Of a stretch of 64,000 nt of DNA, positions 19,624 to 28,380 are shown one piece after another. The first letter of the stretch is position 1; each line of letters starts with the position of its first letter. A program made the position numbers and the translations under genes. This DNA comes from Sulfuricellaceae bacterium. GTDB lineage: Bacteria > Pseudomonadota > Gammaproteobacteria > Burkholderiales > UBA9220. The stretch is taken from NCBI GenBank assembly GCA_050177075.1, contig JBFXHL010000002.1, positions 808 to 64,807 of the forward strand. Direction: 5' to 3'. The notes below the pieces were generated by a model that made no database searches, was not told the origin of the DNA, and saw only the letters and a list, made by a program, of their open reading frames with translations.

Positions 19624-21635
19624 CGGGGGACAAGCCCTTGCTGCAGGTCGAGGACCTCCGCACCCATTTCGCGGCGGAGGGGCGGACGGTATGTGCCGTG
19701 GACGGGGTTTCCTTCGCCCTGCGGCGGGGGGAGACCTTCGCCCTGGTGGGGGAGTCGGGCTGCGGCAAATCCATCACCGCCCTGTCTGTCCTGCGCCTGC
19801 TGCCCGAGGCGGGGCGCATCGTCAGCGGCAGCGTCCGGCTCGACGGCGCGGATTTGTTGGCCTTGCCCGAAACCGCCATGCGGGACGTGCGGGGGCGGCG
19901 CATCGCCATGATTTTCCAGGAGCCCCAGTCCTCTCTCAACCCGGTGATGACGGTGGGGCGGCAGATCGGCGAGGTGCTGGCGCGACACCGCGGCGTGGCC
20001 GGCGCGGCAGCGCGGCGTCGCGCGGTGGAGTTGCTGGCGGCCGTCGGGATTCCCGCCCCCGAGCGGCGGGTGGACGACTATCCTTTCCAACTCTCCGGGG
20101 GCATGAAGCAGCGGGTGATGATCGCCATGGCCCTGGCCGGCGAGCCCGACCTGCTGATCGCCGACGAGCCCACCACCGCCCTCGACGTCACCATCCAGGC
20201 CCAGGTGCTGGAACTGATGCGGAACCTCCAGCAGCGCACCGGCATGGCCATGCTGCTGATTACCCACGACCTTGGCGTGGTGGCGGAGAACGCCGACCGG
20301 GTGGCGGTGATGTACGCCGGGGAGATCGTCGAAACCGCCGCCGCCGAGGAGTTTTTCGCCGCCCCGCGCCATCCCTACTCCCGCAAGCTGTTCGCCGCCC
20401 TTCCCGGGTCGGCGAAACGGGGGCAGCCCCTGGCCACCATCCCGGGGGCGGTGCCGCCCCTCGGCAGCGCCTTCACCGGCTGCCGTTTCGCCAACCGCTG
20501 CGACCGGGCCGAGGCCCGCTGCCGCACCGAAACGCCGCCCTGGGTGGCAACGGCGACCGGGGGCGTACGCTGCCACTTGGACCTAAAGGATGAAGGCGGG
20601 AAGGGTAAGGATGAAGGAAAAACCGCCACGGGCGACCAGCCTTCATCCTTTGTCCCTCATCCTTCATCCTTGCTCGAGGTCTCCGACCTCAAGGTCTGGT
20701 TCCCGGTGCGCAAGGGGCTGTTCAAGGGCACCGTCGGCCACGTCAAGGCGGTGGACGGCGTGTCTCTTTCCCTGGCGGCCGGGCGGACCCTGGCCCTCGT
20801 CGGGGAGTCGGGCTGCGGCAAAACCACCGCCGGCAAGGCCATCCTGCGCCTGATCGAGCCCAGCGGCGGGCAGGTGGCGTTCGACGGTGTTGACCTGGCG
20901 TCCCTCGGTCGGGAAGCCCTGCGGCGGCAGCGGGCGGCCATGCAGATCGTTTTCCAGGACCCCTATGCCTCCCTTAACCCCCGCATGCGGGTGGAGGAAA
21001 TCGTCGAGGAGGGCATGGCGGCCCTGTTGCCGACCATGGAGGTCGCGGCCCGGCGGCAGCGCACGGCGGCCTTGCTCGAACAGGTGGGGCTGCCGGCGGA
21101 GGCCGCCCGGCGCTATCCCCACGAATTTTCGGGAGGGCAGCGCCAGCGCATCGCCATCGCCCGCGCCCTGGCCGTGAACCCCCGCCTCATCGTCTGCGAC
21201 GAGCCCACCAGCGCCCTGGACGTATCGGTCCAGGCCCAGATACTCAATTTGCTGAAGGGCTTGCAGGAAGAATTGGGCCTGGCCTACCTGTTCATCACCC
21301 ACAACCTGGCGGTGGTGGAGTATCTGGCCCACGAGGTGGCGGTGATGTACCTGGGGCGGATCGTCGAGCAGGGGCCGGCGGAGGCTGTGCTGGCCAACCC
21401 CCTTCATCCCTACACCCGGGCGCTGCTGTCGGCGGTGCCCACGGTGGATGCGGTCAGGCGTCGGGAGGTGCTGAAACTGCCTGGGGACCTGCCATCCCCC
21501 CTCGCCCCGCCGGACGGCTGCCACTTCCGCCCCCGCTGCCCGCAAGCCAGGGCGGAATGCGCCGCCAGCTATCCCGCAGCCCGTCGGCACGGGGTGGGCC
21601 ACTGGGTGAGTTGCCACCTCCACGACGAAGGCTAG
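19620..21635 (+). CDS. Fused double ATP-binding protein of the peptide ABC transporter (SapD+SapF / YejF / GsiA-like)
   Basis: Start at the ATG at 19620, ATGA-coupled. Two complete ABC cassettes ([27 protein letters not shown] and [27 protein letters not shown]), each followed by an oligopeptide-type C-terminal domain. Confidence 0.9.
   Translation: MTGDKPLLQVEDLRTHFAAEGRTVCAVDGVSFALRRGETFALVGESGCGKSITALSVLRLLPEAGRIVSGSVRLDGADLLALPETAMRDVRGRRIAMIFQEPQSSLNPVMTVGRQIGEVLARHRGVAGAAARRRAVELLAAVGIPAPERRVDDYPFQLSGGMKQRVMIAMALAGEPDLLIADEPTTALDVTIQAQVLELMRNLQQRTGMAMLLITHDLGVVAENADRVAVMYAGEIVETAAAEEFFAAPRHPYSRKLFAALPGSAKRGQPLATIPGAVPPLGSAFTGCRFANRCDRAEARCRTETPPWVATATGGVRCHLDLKDEGGKGKDEGKTATGDQPSSFVPHPSSLLEVSDLKVWFPVRKGLFKGTVGHVKAVDGVSLSLAAGRTLALVGESGCGKTTAGKAILRLIEPSGGQVAFDGVDLASLGREALRRQRAAMQIVFQDPYASLNPRMRVEEIVEEGMAALLPTMEVAARRQRTAALLEQVGLPAEAARRYPHEFSGGQRQRIAIARALAVNPRLIVCDEPTSALDVSVQAQILNLLKGLQEELGLAYLFITHNLAVVEYLAHEVAVMYLGRIVEQGPAEAVLANPLHPYTRALLSAVPTVDAVRRREVLKLPGDLPSPLAPPDGCHFRPRCPQARAECAASYPAARRHGVGHWVSCHLHDEG
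20586..20671. repeat. 86-bp composite inverted repeat inside the inter-cassette linker of the fused ATPase
   Basis: AAGGATGAAGG occurs at 20586-20596 and 20607-20617. Its exact complement CCTTCATCCTT occurs at 20640-20650 and 20661-20671. Confidence 0.7.
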
Positions 21636-21640
21636 ACAAG

Positions 21641-21669
21641 AAAAAACCGCCCCGAGGGCGGTTTTTTTT
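21641..21669. terminator. Bidirectional Rho-independent terminator between the convergent ABC ATPase and mltD genes
   Basis: AAAAAACCGCCC-CGAG-GGCGGTTTTTTTT: a perfect stem flanked by an A-run and a T-run. Confidence 0.8.
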
Positions 21670-21692
21670 GTCCAGGATGTCCGCAGGCCGGG

Positions 21693-23378
21693 TCAGCTGT
21701 CCTTGGACGGGTAGACGGTGACCGCCGTGCCGGGCATCAGGCGCTTGGCGGACAGGTTGTTCCAGCGCTGGATATCGTTGATCGCCACGTTGAACTTGCG
21801 GGCAATGCCGGCCAGGGTGTCACCCTTGCGAACGACGTAGCGGGTGGCCTTGGCGGTTTTGGCGTGCCGGTTCTCCGCCTTGTCGGCCTTGGCATGCTTG
21901 CTGGACTTTTCCTTGGCGGCGAGAACGGTCTTAACCCGCTTGTCTTCGCTGCTGCTCTTCGCGGCTACCACGGTGTCCGTCTCGATGGTCAGCTTTTGCT
22001 TGAGAGCCAGCTTTTCGCCCTTGAGCTTGTTCCAGCGCTTGATCTCCGTCACGCTGACGTCGAAGCGGCGGGCGATGCTGGCCAGGGTGTCCCCCTTCTT
22101 GACCGCGTAGGTCTGCTTCCGGGTGACGGCGCGGCTGGGGACGCTTTCCATCGCTTTCTCGGCCGGAGCGGCGGCCAGTTCCAGTTTGCCGTCATCGCTG
22201 CCGCCGTCCTTGGCCGGCACCAGCAGGGGCTGGCCGCTGGCCTTCAGGCTGCGCTGGCCGATGTCGTTCACTTCCTTCAGCTTGGCGAGGGAAATGCCGA
22301 AATGGCTGGCGATCTTGTCGAAGCGCTCGCCCCGCTTGGGCGTATAGGTTTTCCAGGACAGCAGGGGCTTGTCGTAGTCGTCCAGATTGGTGGTGAAGTT
22401 TTCCGCCTTGTCCACCGGCAACAGCAGTTTCTTCTTGCCGTTCAGGGAATGAATGATCGGGCGGTTGTGGGCGGGGTTGAGGGACTCGAACTCGTCCAGG
22501 GAGATGCCCGCCAGCTTGGCGGCCACCTTCACGTCCATGCTCTGGGGGGCGGTGACAGTGGTGAAATAGGGGCGGTTGGGGATGGAAGCCAGGGTCATGC
22601 CGAAGGAGGAAGGGTCGGCGATCAGGTGCTTGACCGCCAGTAGGCGGGGCACGTAGCTGCGGGTTTCCGCCGGCATGTTGAGGCTCAGGTAGTCGGTGGG
22701 CAGGCCCGCGCGCTGGTTCTTGGCGATGGCGCGGGCGACGGAGCCCTCGCCCCAGTTGTAGGCCGCCAGGGCGAGGGACCAGTCGCCGAACATGTCGTAC
22801 AGTTTCTGCAGGTAGTCCAGGGCGGCGTTGGTGGCGGCGGCGATGTCGCGGCGGCCGTCGTACCAGAAGTTCTGCTGCAGGCCGAAGTTCTTGCCGGTGG
22901 AGGGGATGAACTGCCAGATGCCGGAGGCATGGGCGTGGGAGTAGGCCTTGGGATTGAAGGCGCTCTCGATCATCGGCAGCAGGGCGATTTCCGTCGGCAT
23001 GCCGCGGCGCTCCACCTCGTCCACGATGTAATACAGGTAGCGGCGGCTGCGTTCCACCATGCGCTGGACGTAGTCGGGACGGTTGGCGTACCAGTCCTCG
23101 TTGTCCTTCACCAGCGGGGTGTCCAGTTCTTCCATGGCGAAGCCGCTGCGCACCCGGGCCCAGAGGTCGTCCGACTGGACGACGGCAGAGGTTTCGGGGG
23201 CGTCGCTGGCGGCGGACGCCGATTTGGCGGCCCGTGCCGACTTGGCGGGCGGCGTACCCGCGCTGGCGGCGCCCCAGTCGTTGTCTTGCCAGGAGAAAGC
23301 GTCGTCCGCCACGGCAGTGCCGGACATGACCAGAGCGATCGCCGCCGCAAAGCTGGCGTAGAGGTGACGTTTTTTCAT
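21693..23378 (-). CDS. mltD: Membrane-bound lytic murein transglycosylase D (SLT domain + 3 LysM repeats)
   Basis: 561 aa. Signal peptide, SLT catalytic region (LLPMIESAFNPKAYSHAHASGIWQFIPSTG) and three LysM-like repeats (Y..K.GD/ER...IA..F......K.WN). Confidence 0.9.
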   Translation of the reverse strand: MKKRHLYASFAAAIALVMSGTAVADDAFSWQDNDWGAASAGTPPAKSARAAKSASAASDAPETSAVVQSDDLWARVRSGFAMEELDTPLVKDNEDWYANRPDYVQRMVERSRRYLYYIVDEVERRGMPTEIALLPMIESAFNPKAYSHAHASGIWQFIPSTGKNFGLQQNFWYDGRRDIAAATNAALDYLQKLYDMFGDWSLALAAYNWGEGSVARAIAKNQRAGLPTDYLSLNMPAETRSYVPRLLAVKHLIADPSSFGMTLASIPNRPYFTTVTAPQSMDVKVAAKLAGISLDEFESLNPAHNRPIIHSLNGKKKLLLPVDKAENFTTNLDDYDKPLLSWKTYTPKRGERFDKIASHFGISLAKLKEVNDIGQRSLKASGQPLLVPAKDGGSDDGKLELAAAPAEKAMESVPSRAVTRKQTYAVKKGDTLASIARRFDVSVTEIKRWNKLKGEKLALKQKLTIETDTVVAAKSSSEDKRVKTVLAAKEKSSKHAKADKAENRHAKTAKATRYVVRKGDTLAGIARKFNVAINDIQRWNNLSAKRLMPGTAVTVYPSKDS

Positions 23379-23623
23379 TCCCTGAGCATGCTTGTTTTTA
23401 AAACTCGGGCGATGGTACCCCCCTCCCGGGGATGCGTCAAGGTATTGCGGGAAAAGGGAAAATGGATTATGGGGACCGCTGAATAAATGGCTGCGCGGGC
23501 GAATCGCCGCGTTGCACGGCGCTCGCTCCCTCGCCTACCCTCTTGATATGTCTCGGTCGCTGCGCTCCGCGTGCCTTGCACTTCATCCAGCTCGCCGATT
23601 TCTTCAGCGTTTCCCTAGGCGTG

Positions 23624-24397
23624 TCAGGCTTCGTCCCGCCAGGCGCGCACGGCGGCGAACACCTCCACCGGGGCGTTCAGGGGATGTCCGACATGGGCGC
23701 TGGCGGCACGGGCGACGTCCGGCGCCTCGAAACGCAGGAAGGGGTTGGCGGATTTTTCCAGGGCCAGGGTCGTCGGCACGGTGGGCCGTCCATCCTTCCG
23801 CAGGGCTTGGACTTCGGCTTCCCATTGTAGGAGGTCGGGATTGGCGGGCTCGACTTTCTTGGCGAAGCGGATGTTTTCCAGGGTGTACTCGTGGGCGCAG
23901 TAGATCAGGGTGTCGTCGGGCAGGGCGAGGATTTTGCGCAGGGAGGAGAGGGCCTGCTCCGGCGTGCCCTCGAACAGCCGGCCGCAGCCGATGCCGAAGA
24001 GGGTATCGCCGCAGAACAGGGCGCCGGGCAGGGTGAAGCCCACGTGATCGCGGGTGTGGCCGGGGAAAGCCAGAACGCCGAAGGTGGCCGGGAGCTCGGG
24101 AACGTTAACGGTGTCGCCTTCGGCCACGGGCGTGGCGTGGGTCGCCAGGGGGCCGCGGACGGTGCCGTAAACCGGAACGGCGCGGTCCTGAAGCAGGTCG
24201 CCGATGCCGCCGGTGTGGTCGCCGTGGTGGTGGGTGGCGAGGATGGCGGCCAGGGTAAGGCCCTCCCGGCGCAGGAAATTCCGCACCGGTTCGGCTTCTC
24301 CCGGGTCGACGGCGACGGCGTGGCGGCCGTTGTGGATCAGCCAGATGTAATTGTCCTCGAAGGCGGGAACGGGAACGACAGCAAGCATGGGATGCAC
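23624..24397 (-). CDS. gloB: Hydroxyacylglutathione hydrolase (glyoxalase II)
   Basis: 257 aa: FEDNYIWLI...THHHGDHTGG...GHTRDHV, the metallo-beta-lactamase fold. An alternative start is 9 nt downstream (MLAVVPV). Confidence 0.9.
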   Translation of the reverse strand: MHPMLAVVPVPAFEDNYIWLIHNGRHAVAVDPGEAEPVRNFLRREGLTLAAILATHHHGDHTGGIGDLLQDRAVPVYGTVRGPLATHATPVAEGDTVNVPELPATFGVLAFPGHTRDHVGFTLPGALFCGDTLFGIGCGRLFEGTPEQALSSLRKILALPDDTLIYCAHEYTLENIRFAKKVEPANPDLLQWEAEVQALRKDGRPTVPTTLALEKSANPFLRFEAPDVARAASAHVGHPLNAPVEVFAAVRAWRDEA

Positions 24398-24439
24398 CTC
24401 GTCTAACAGTCTGCGGTAAGTTCATTTAAACTAGCGCCC

Positions 24440-25165
24440 ATGTCAATAGACGGCTTTGAAGACTGGATCGCTAGCCCGCTGGGAAGCTATCTGCTGGAGC
24501 GCGAACAGCAGCGCTTCGACCGCATGGTGGCCGATGTTTTCGGCTTCAACGCGGTGCAGCTGGGGTTCGAGGGGTTCGATCTGTTGCGGGCGAACCGCAT
24601 GGCCAACCGTTTCCGGGCGGGGCGTGACGGGCGCGCAGCGCTGCTGGCCGACTTCGAGCAACTTCCTTTCGCCGGCAACAGCGTGGATCTGCTGTTGATG
24701 CCCCATGTGCTGGAATTCAGCGCCAACCCCCACCAGGTGCTGCGGGAGGCAGAGCGGGTGCTGATTCCCGAAGGGCAGGTGGTGATCAGCGGCTTCAACC
24801 CCTGGAGCCTGTGGGGCCTGGGGCGCCGCCTGCCGGGGTGGCGCGAGAACTATCCCTGGCGCGGCCGTTTCATCTCGTTGCCGCGTCTCAAGGACTGGTG
24901 TGCGCTCCTGGGGTTCGAGATCGTGGCGGGGGCTTTTTGCTGCTATGCGCCGCCTCTGGCCAACGAGCGCTGGCGGGAGCGTTTCCGCTTCATGGAAAAG
25001 GCCGGGGACCGGTGGTGGCCGGTGGGGGCGGGGGTGTATATCGTCCAGGCCAAGAAACGGGTGCACGGCCTGCGCCTCATTACCCCCTCCTGGAACGAGG
25101 TGGCCGCGACCCGCAAGGCCATGGCGCCGGCGGCGCAGAAGACAATGATGAAGGATGAAGCATGA
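24440..25165 (+). CDS. Class I SAM-dependent methyltransferase (YafS-like, conserved gloB/rnhA neighbour)
   Basis: 241 aa. The gene sits between gloB and rnhA, as yafS does in enterobacteria, and has a methyltransferase type-11-like core ([40 protein letters not shown]). Confidence 0.75.
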   Translation: MSIDGFEDWIASPLGSYLLEREQQRFDRMVADVFGFNAVQLGFEGFDLLRANRMANRFRAGRDGRAALLADFEQLPFAGNSVDLLLMPHVLEFSANPHQVLREAERVLIPEGQVVISGFNPWSLWGLGRRLPGWRENYPWRGRFISLPRLKDWCALLGFEIVAGAFCCYAPPLANERWRERFRFMEKAGDRWWPVGAGVYIVQAKKRVHGLRLITPSWNEVAATRKAMAPAAQKTMMKDEA

Positions 25166-25175
25166 AGGATGAAGG
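25148..25175. repeat. Tandem heptamer repeat (ATGAAGG/ATGAAGC) x4 spanning the methyltransferase stop and the rnhA start
   Basis: ATGAAGG ATGAAGC ATGAAGG ATGAAGG read directly. The upstream stop TGA (25163-25165) and the rnhA ATG (25162) both lie inside the repeat. Confidence 0.8.
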
Positions 25176-25605
25176 GAAGATCGTCGATATCTACACCGAC
25201 GGCGCCTGCAAGGGCAACCCCGGCCCCGGCGGCTGGGGGGCGCTGCTGGTGTACGGCGGGAAGGAGAAGGAACTGTTCGGCGGCGAAAAGGAAACCACCA
25301 ACAACCGCATGGAACTGCTGGCGGTGATCCGGGCCCTGGAGGCCCTGACCCGGCCCTGTCAAGTGCGATTGCACACCGATTCCCAGTACGTGCAGAAAGG
25401 CATTTCCGAGTGGATACACGGCTGGAAGCGCAACGGCTGGCGCACGTCCAGCAAGCAACCGGTGAAGAACGCCGACCTGTGGCAGCGCCTGGACGAACTG
25501 GCGGCGGGACATGCCATCGAGTGGTGCTGGGTCAAGGGCCACGCCGGCCACGACGGCAACGAGCGGGCGGACCGGCTGGCCAACCGGGGCGTGGCGGTTG
25601 CGTGA
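25162..25605 (+). CDS. rnhA: Ribonuclease HI
   Basis: 147 aa: [20 protein letters not shown]...[17 protein letters not shown]...TDSQYV...[19 protein letters not shown]. Confidence 0.93.
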   Translation: MKDEGKIVDIYTDGACKGNPGPGGWGALLVYGGKEKELFGGEKETTNNRMELLAVIRALEALTRPCQVRLHTDSQYVQKGISEWIHGWKRNGWRTSSKQPVKNADLWQRLDELAAGHAIEWCWVKGHAGHDGNERADRLANRGVAVA

Positions 25606-25668
25606 ACCGCCGCCGGCTTTAGGGACATTACGTATTTAACGATCGCTGCCAGTGAGGAATAATGCTCC

Positions 25669-26388
25669 ATGCGACAAATTGTTCTGGATACCGAAACGAC
25701 GGGCCTGGATTGGAAGGCCGGCCACCGGGTGATCGAAATCGCGGCGGTGGAAATGGTGAACCGCCAGCTGACCGGCAATCATTTTCACTACTATCTGAAT
25801 CCTGACCGGGAAATCGACGCCGGCGCCCAGGAGGTCCATGGCATCAGCCTGGAATTCCTCCAGGACAAGCCGCGCTTCGGCGATATCGTCGGGGATTTTC
25901 TCGACTACGTGGCGGGGGCGGAGCTGGTGATCCATAACGCTCCCTTCGACGTGGGCTTCCTCAACCACGAGCTGGGCCTTCTGGGCAAGGAGCCGGTGGA
26001 AGCCGTTTGCAGCGGCGTGGTGGACACCCTGCGCCTGGCCAAGGAACTGCACCCGGGCAAGCGCAACAGCCTGGATGCCCTGTGCGAACGCTACGAAGTG
26101 GACAACTCGGGGCGGACGCTGCACGGCGCCTTGTTGGACTCGGAACTGCTGGCCGAGGTGTACCTGGCCATGACGCGGGGCCAGGAAACCCTGGCCATCG
26201 ACATCAGCCACGATTCGGTGCTGGCTATGCCGTTCCAGGGCGAAGCAAGGCCGAAATTGTTCGTCCTGCCGGCGACGGAAGAAGAATTGGCGGCCCATCA
26301 GGCCCAACTGGAAGAAATAGAAAAAGCGAGCCAGGGAGATTGTTTGTGGAACAAGTTGGTGGGGGCGGAGGCCGTAGCCGCGGACTAG
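25669..26388 (+). CDS. dnaQ: DNA polymerase III epsilon subunit (3'-5' proofreading exonuclease)
   Basis: 239 aa. Exo motifs are present (VLDTETTGL; HNAPFDVGFL; HGALLDSELLAEVY). Confidence 0.93.
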   Translation: MRQIVLDTETTGLDWKAGHRVIEIAAVEMVNRQLTGNHFHYYLNPDREIDAGAQEVHGISLEFLQDKPRFGDIVGDFLDYVAGAELVIHNAPFDVGFLNHELGLLGKEPVEAVCSGVVDTLRLAKELHPGKRNSLDALCERYEVDNSGRTLHGALLDSELLAEVYLAMTRGQETLAIDISHDSVLAMPFQGEARPKLFVLPATEEELAAHQAQLEEIEKASQGDCLWNKLVGAEAVAAD

Positions 26389-28364
26389 CGCTGCTCGCGC
26401 TGGGCCTGTTGGCGTCTCCCGCCCTGGGGGCGGAGGATTTGTCGGAGAGCGCCTTTCTCGGCGAGATGCCGGTGGTGCTTACCGTCTCGCGCCTGGCGCA
26501 GCCCGCCGACGAGGCGCCGGCGGCGGTGACGGTGATCGACCGGCAGATGATCCGGGAGTCCGGCGCTTGGGATTTGTCCGAGGTGTTCCGCCTGGTGCCG
26601 GGGATGTTCGTCGCCTACCATTCGGATCGCTTTTACGCCACCGACAGCACCGTCAGCTACCATGGCCTGACCACCAATACCATGGCCCACCGCATGCAGG
26701 TCATGGTGGATGGGCGGACGATTTATTCTCCCCTCTACGGCGGCGTGATCTGGAGCGACATTCCCGTGGCCCTGGACGACATCGAGCGCATCGAGGTGGT
26801 GCGCGGTCCGGATTCGGCCAGCTACGGCGCCAACTCCTTCATGGGGGTGATCAACATCATCACCCGTCATCCGGCGGAAGCGCAGGGAAGCTATGCCTCC
26901 CTGTCGACGGGGAAGGGGAAGGAAGGCGCCCTGGCCCGCTACGGCGGGCGCAATGGCGATTTCGTCTGGCGCCTGACTGCCGGCTTCCGCAACGACAAGG
27001 GGGAGGACGCGGACATCCACAACCCCACTTCCCAGGACCCGCTGTGGGTCAAAAACAAGTTCGACGACAAGAGGGTCCGCCAGCTGAATTTTCGCGGCGA
27101 CTACCAGGTCGATGCGACGAACAGCCTGGAAGTCCAGTTCGGCTACAACGGCGGGCCGCGCCAAGTGGGCGAGGTCAACGACGTTTATGCCACCGACAAG
27201 CGGGCCGACAACCATTTCGAGCAGCTGCGCTGGCGCCGAGCCACGGCGGGGGGCGGCGAGGTGGCGGTGCAGTTCTACCATCAGGTCGAAAGCAGCACGG
27301 CGACTTTGCTCGACGGCGGCGACCCGACGGCCGTACCGGCGAATGGCGACGCCATGGCCCGCCGTTATGAATTGAGCCTGCAGCACAGCTTTTCCCCCAC
27401 GTCGACCACGCGGGCGGTGTGGGGAGGGGCGGTGCGCTACGACAAGACCTTTGCCCCCTATTACCTGGGGGTGAAAGAGAATACCTATCTCTGGCAGGAC
27501 CGGCCCTTTCATCTAACCCAGCTGTTCGGCAACCTGGAGTGGCGGGTCCGCCCTGACCTGGTGTTCAACCTCGGTGCCATGGGAGAGGATAACAGCTACA
27601 CCGGCACCGACATTTCGCCTCGCCTGGCCGCCAACTGGCACTTCCTGCCGGGGCAAACCCTGCGCCTCGGCTTTTCCAAGGCCACCCGCACGCCGACGGT
27701 GTACGAAAAGGCCTACGAGGAGTATTGGCTGAACCCCGCCAGCAACAAGTATCACCCCAATGTCCAGACCTTGCGGCCGGAGCGGGTGGATTCCACGGAC
27801 ATCGGCTACCTGGGCGGCTTCGGGAATCTGGACGTGGATTTCCGCTTGTTCCGGGACGCGTTTTCCGAACTGATTTCGGCCGAGCCCGAGCAGGCCGCCA
27901 TAACCGGCAACCTCAATGCGGGCAGCGCCACCATCAAGGGGTTCGAAGCCCAGCTGAAATGGAACATCGGCAAGGCCACCCGCCTCGTCTACAACCTGTC
28001 CCATGCGGTGGTGAAGAGCCGCAACAATTACGCGGAATACACCAATTCCGTGCCCACCAACAACCAAAGCCTGATGCTGAGCCATCGCTTCGATGCCCGC
28101 TGGAGCGCCAGCCTGCTCGGCTACCAGGTGAGCGAAATGCACCTGAACGATACGGGCTCCAACGCCGGTGCCAACCGGCCCTGGTTCCTCAGCACCTACC
28201 GGCGGTGGGACGGACGGATCGCCTACGCTTTCGAGACGGGGCGAACGCGGGGGGAACTGGCCTTGAATATCCAGAACCTGGGGGACGACTACCACTACGA
28301 GTACCGCTACGACAACCAGTATCCCGGCCGCGCGGCTTGGCTCAACCTGAGGCTCGAGCTGTGA
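26346..28364 (+). CDS. TonB-dependent outer-membrane receptor, paralog 1
   Basis: Start is uncertain (GTG 26346 or TTG 26340) and overlaps the dnaQ 3' end. Signal peptide LALLALGLLASPALG/AEDL, a plug domain (VTVIDRQMIRESGAWDLSEVFRLVPGM...IERIEVVRGPDSASYGANSFMGVINIIT) and beta-barrel repeats. The 5' part of the 26007 track ORF is read-through of dnaQ in another frame. Confidence 0.85.
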   Translation: MEQVGGGGGRSRGLALLALGLLASPALGAEDLSESAFLGEMPVVLTVSRLAQPADEAPAAVTVIDRQMIRESGAWDLSEVFRLVPGMFVAYHSDRFYATDSTVSYHGLTTNTMAHRMQVMVDGRTIYSPLYGGVIWSDIPVALDDIERIEVVRGPDSASYGANSFMGVINIITRHPAEAQGSYASLSTGKGKEGALARYGGRNGDFVWRLTAGFRNDKGEDADIHNPTSQDPLWVKNKFDDKRVRQLNFRGDYQVDATNSLEVQFGYNGGPRQVGEVNDVYATDKRADNHFEQLRWRRATAGGGEVAVQFYHQVESSTATLLDGGDPTAVPANGDAMARRYELSLQHSFSPTSTTRAVWGGAVRYDKTFAPYYLGVKENTYLWQDRPFHLTQLFGNLEWRVRPDLVFNLGAMGEDNSYTGTDISPRLAANWHFLPGQTLRLGFSKATRTPTVYEKAYEEYWLNPASNKYHPNVQTLRPERVDSTDIGYLGGFGNLDVDFRLFRDAFSELISAEPEQAAITGNLNAGSATIKGFEAQLKWNIGKATRLVYNLSHAVVKSRNNYAEYTNSVPTNNQSLMLSHRFDARWSASLLGYQVSEMHLNDTGSNAGANRPWFLSTYRRWDGRIAYAFETGRTRGELALNIQNLGDDYHYEYRYDNQYPGRAAWLNLRLEL

Positions 28365-28380
28365 GGGGACGACGCCCGAC

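Noticed and set aside
23379-23623. 245-nt gloB-mltD spacer examined for a small gene or ncRNA (track ORFs 23375-23581 and 23392-24036)
   Set aside because: I found only a weak sigma-70-like promoter for mltD (TTGACG-N17-TACCAT on the minus strand) and non-compelling short repeats. The ORFs there are Arg-rich shadow frames. There is not enough evidence to call a feature.
25148-25175. Possibility that the short tandem or inverted repeats (25148, 20586, 62176) are a CRISPR array
   Set aside because: The units are only 7-11 nt, directly adjacent or within coding sequence, with no repeat-spacer periodicity of 25-40 nt and no cas genes in the window.
26007-26345. 5' extension of the first TonB-dependent receptor ORF
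   Set aside because: This part overlaps dnaQ in a different frame. The signal peptide and plug domain begin only after the GTG/TTG at about 26340-26346.
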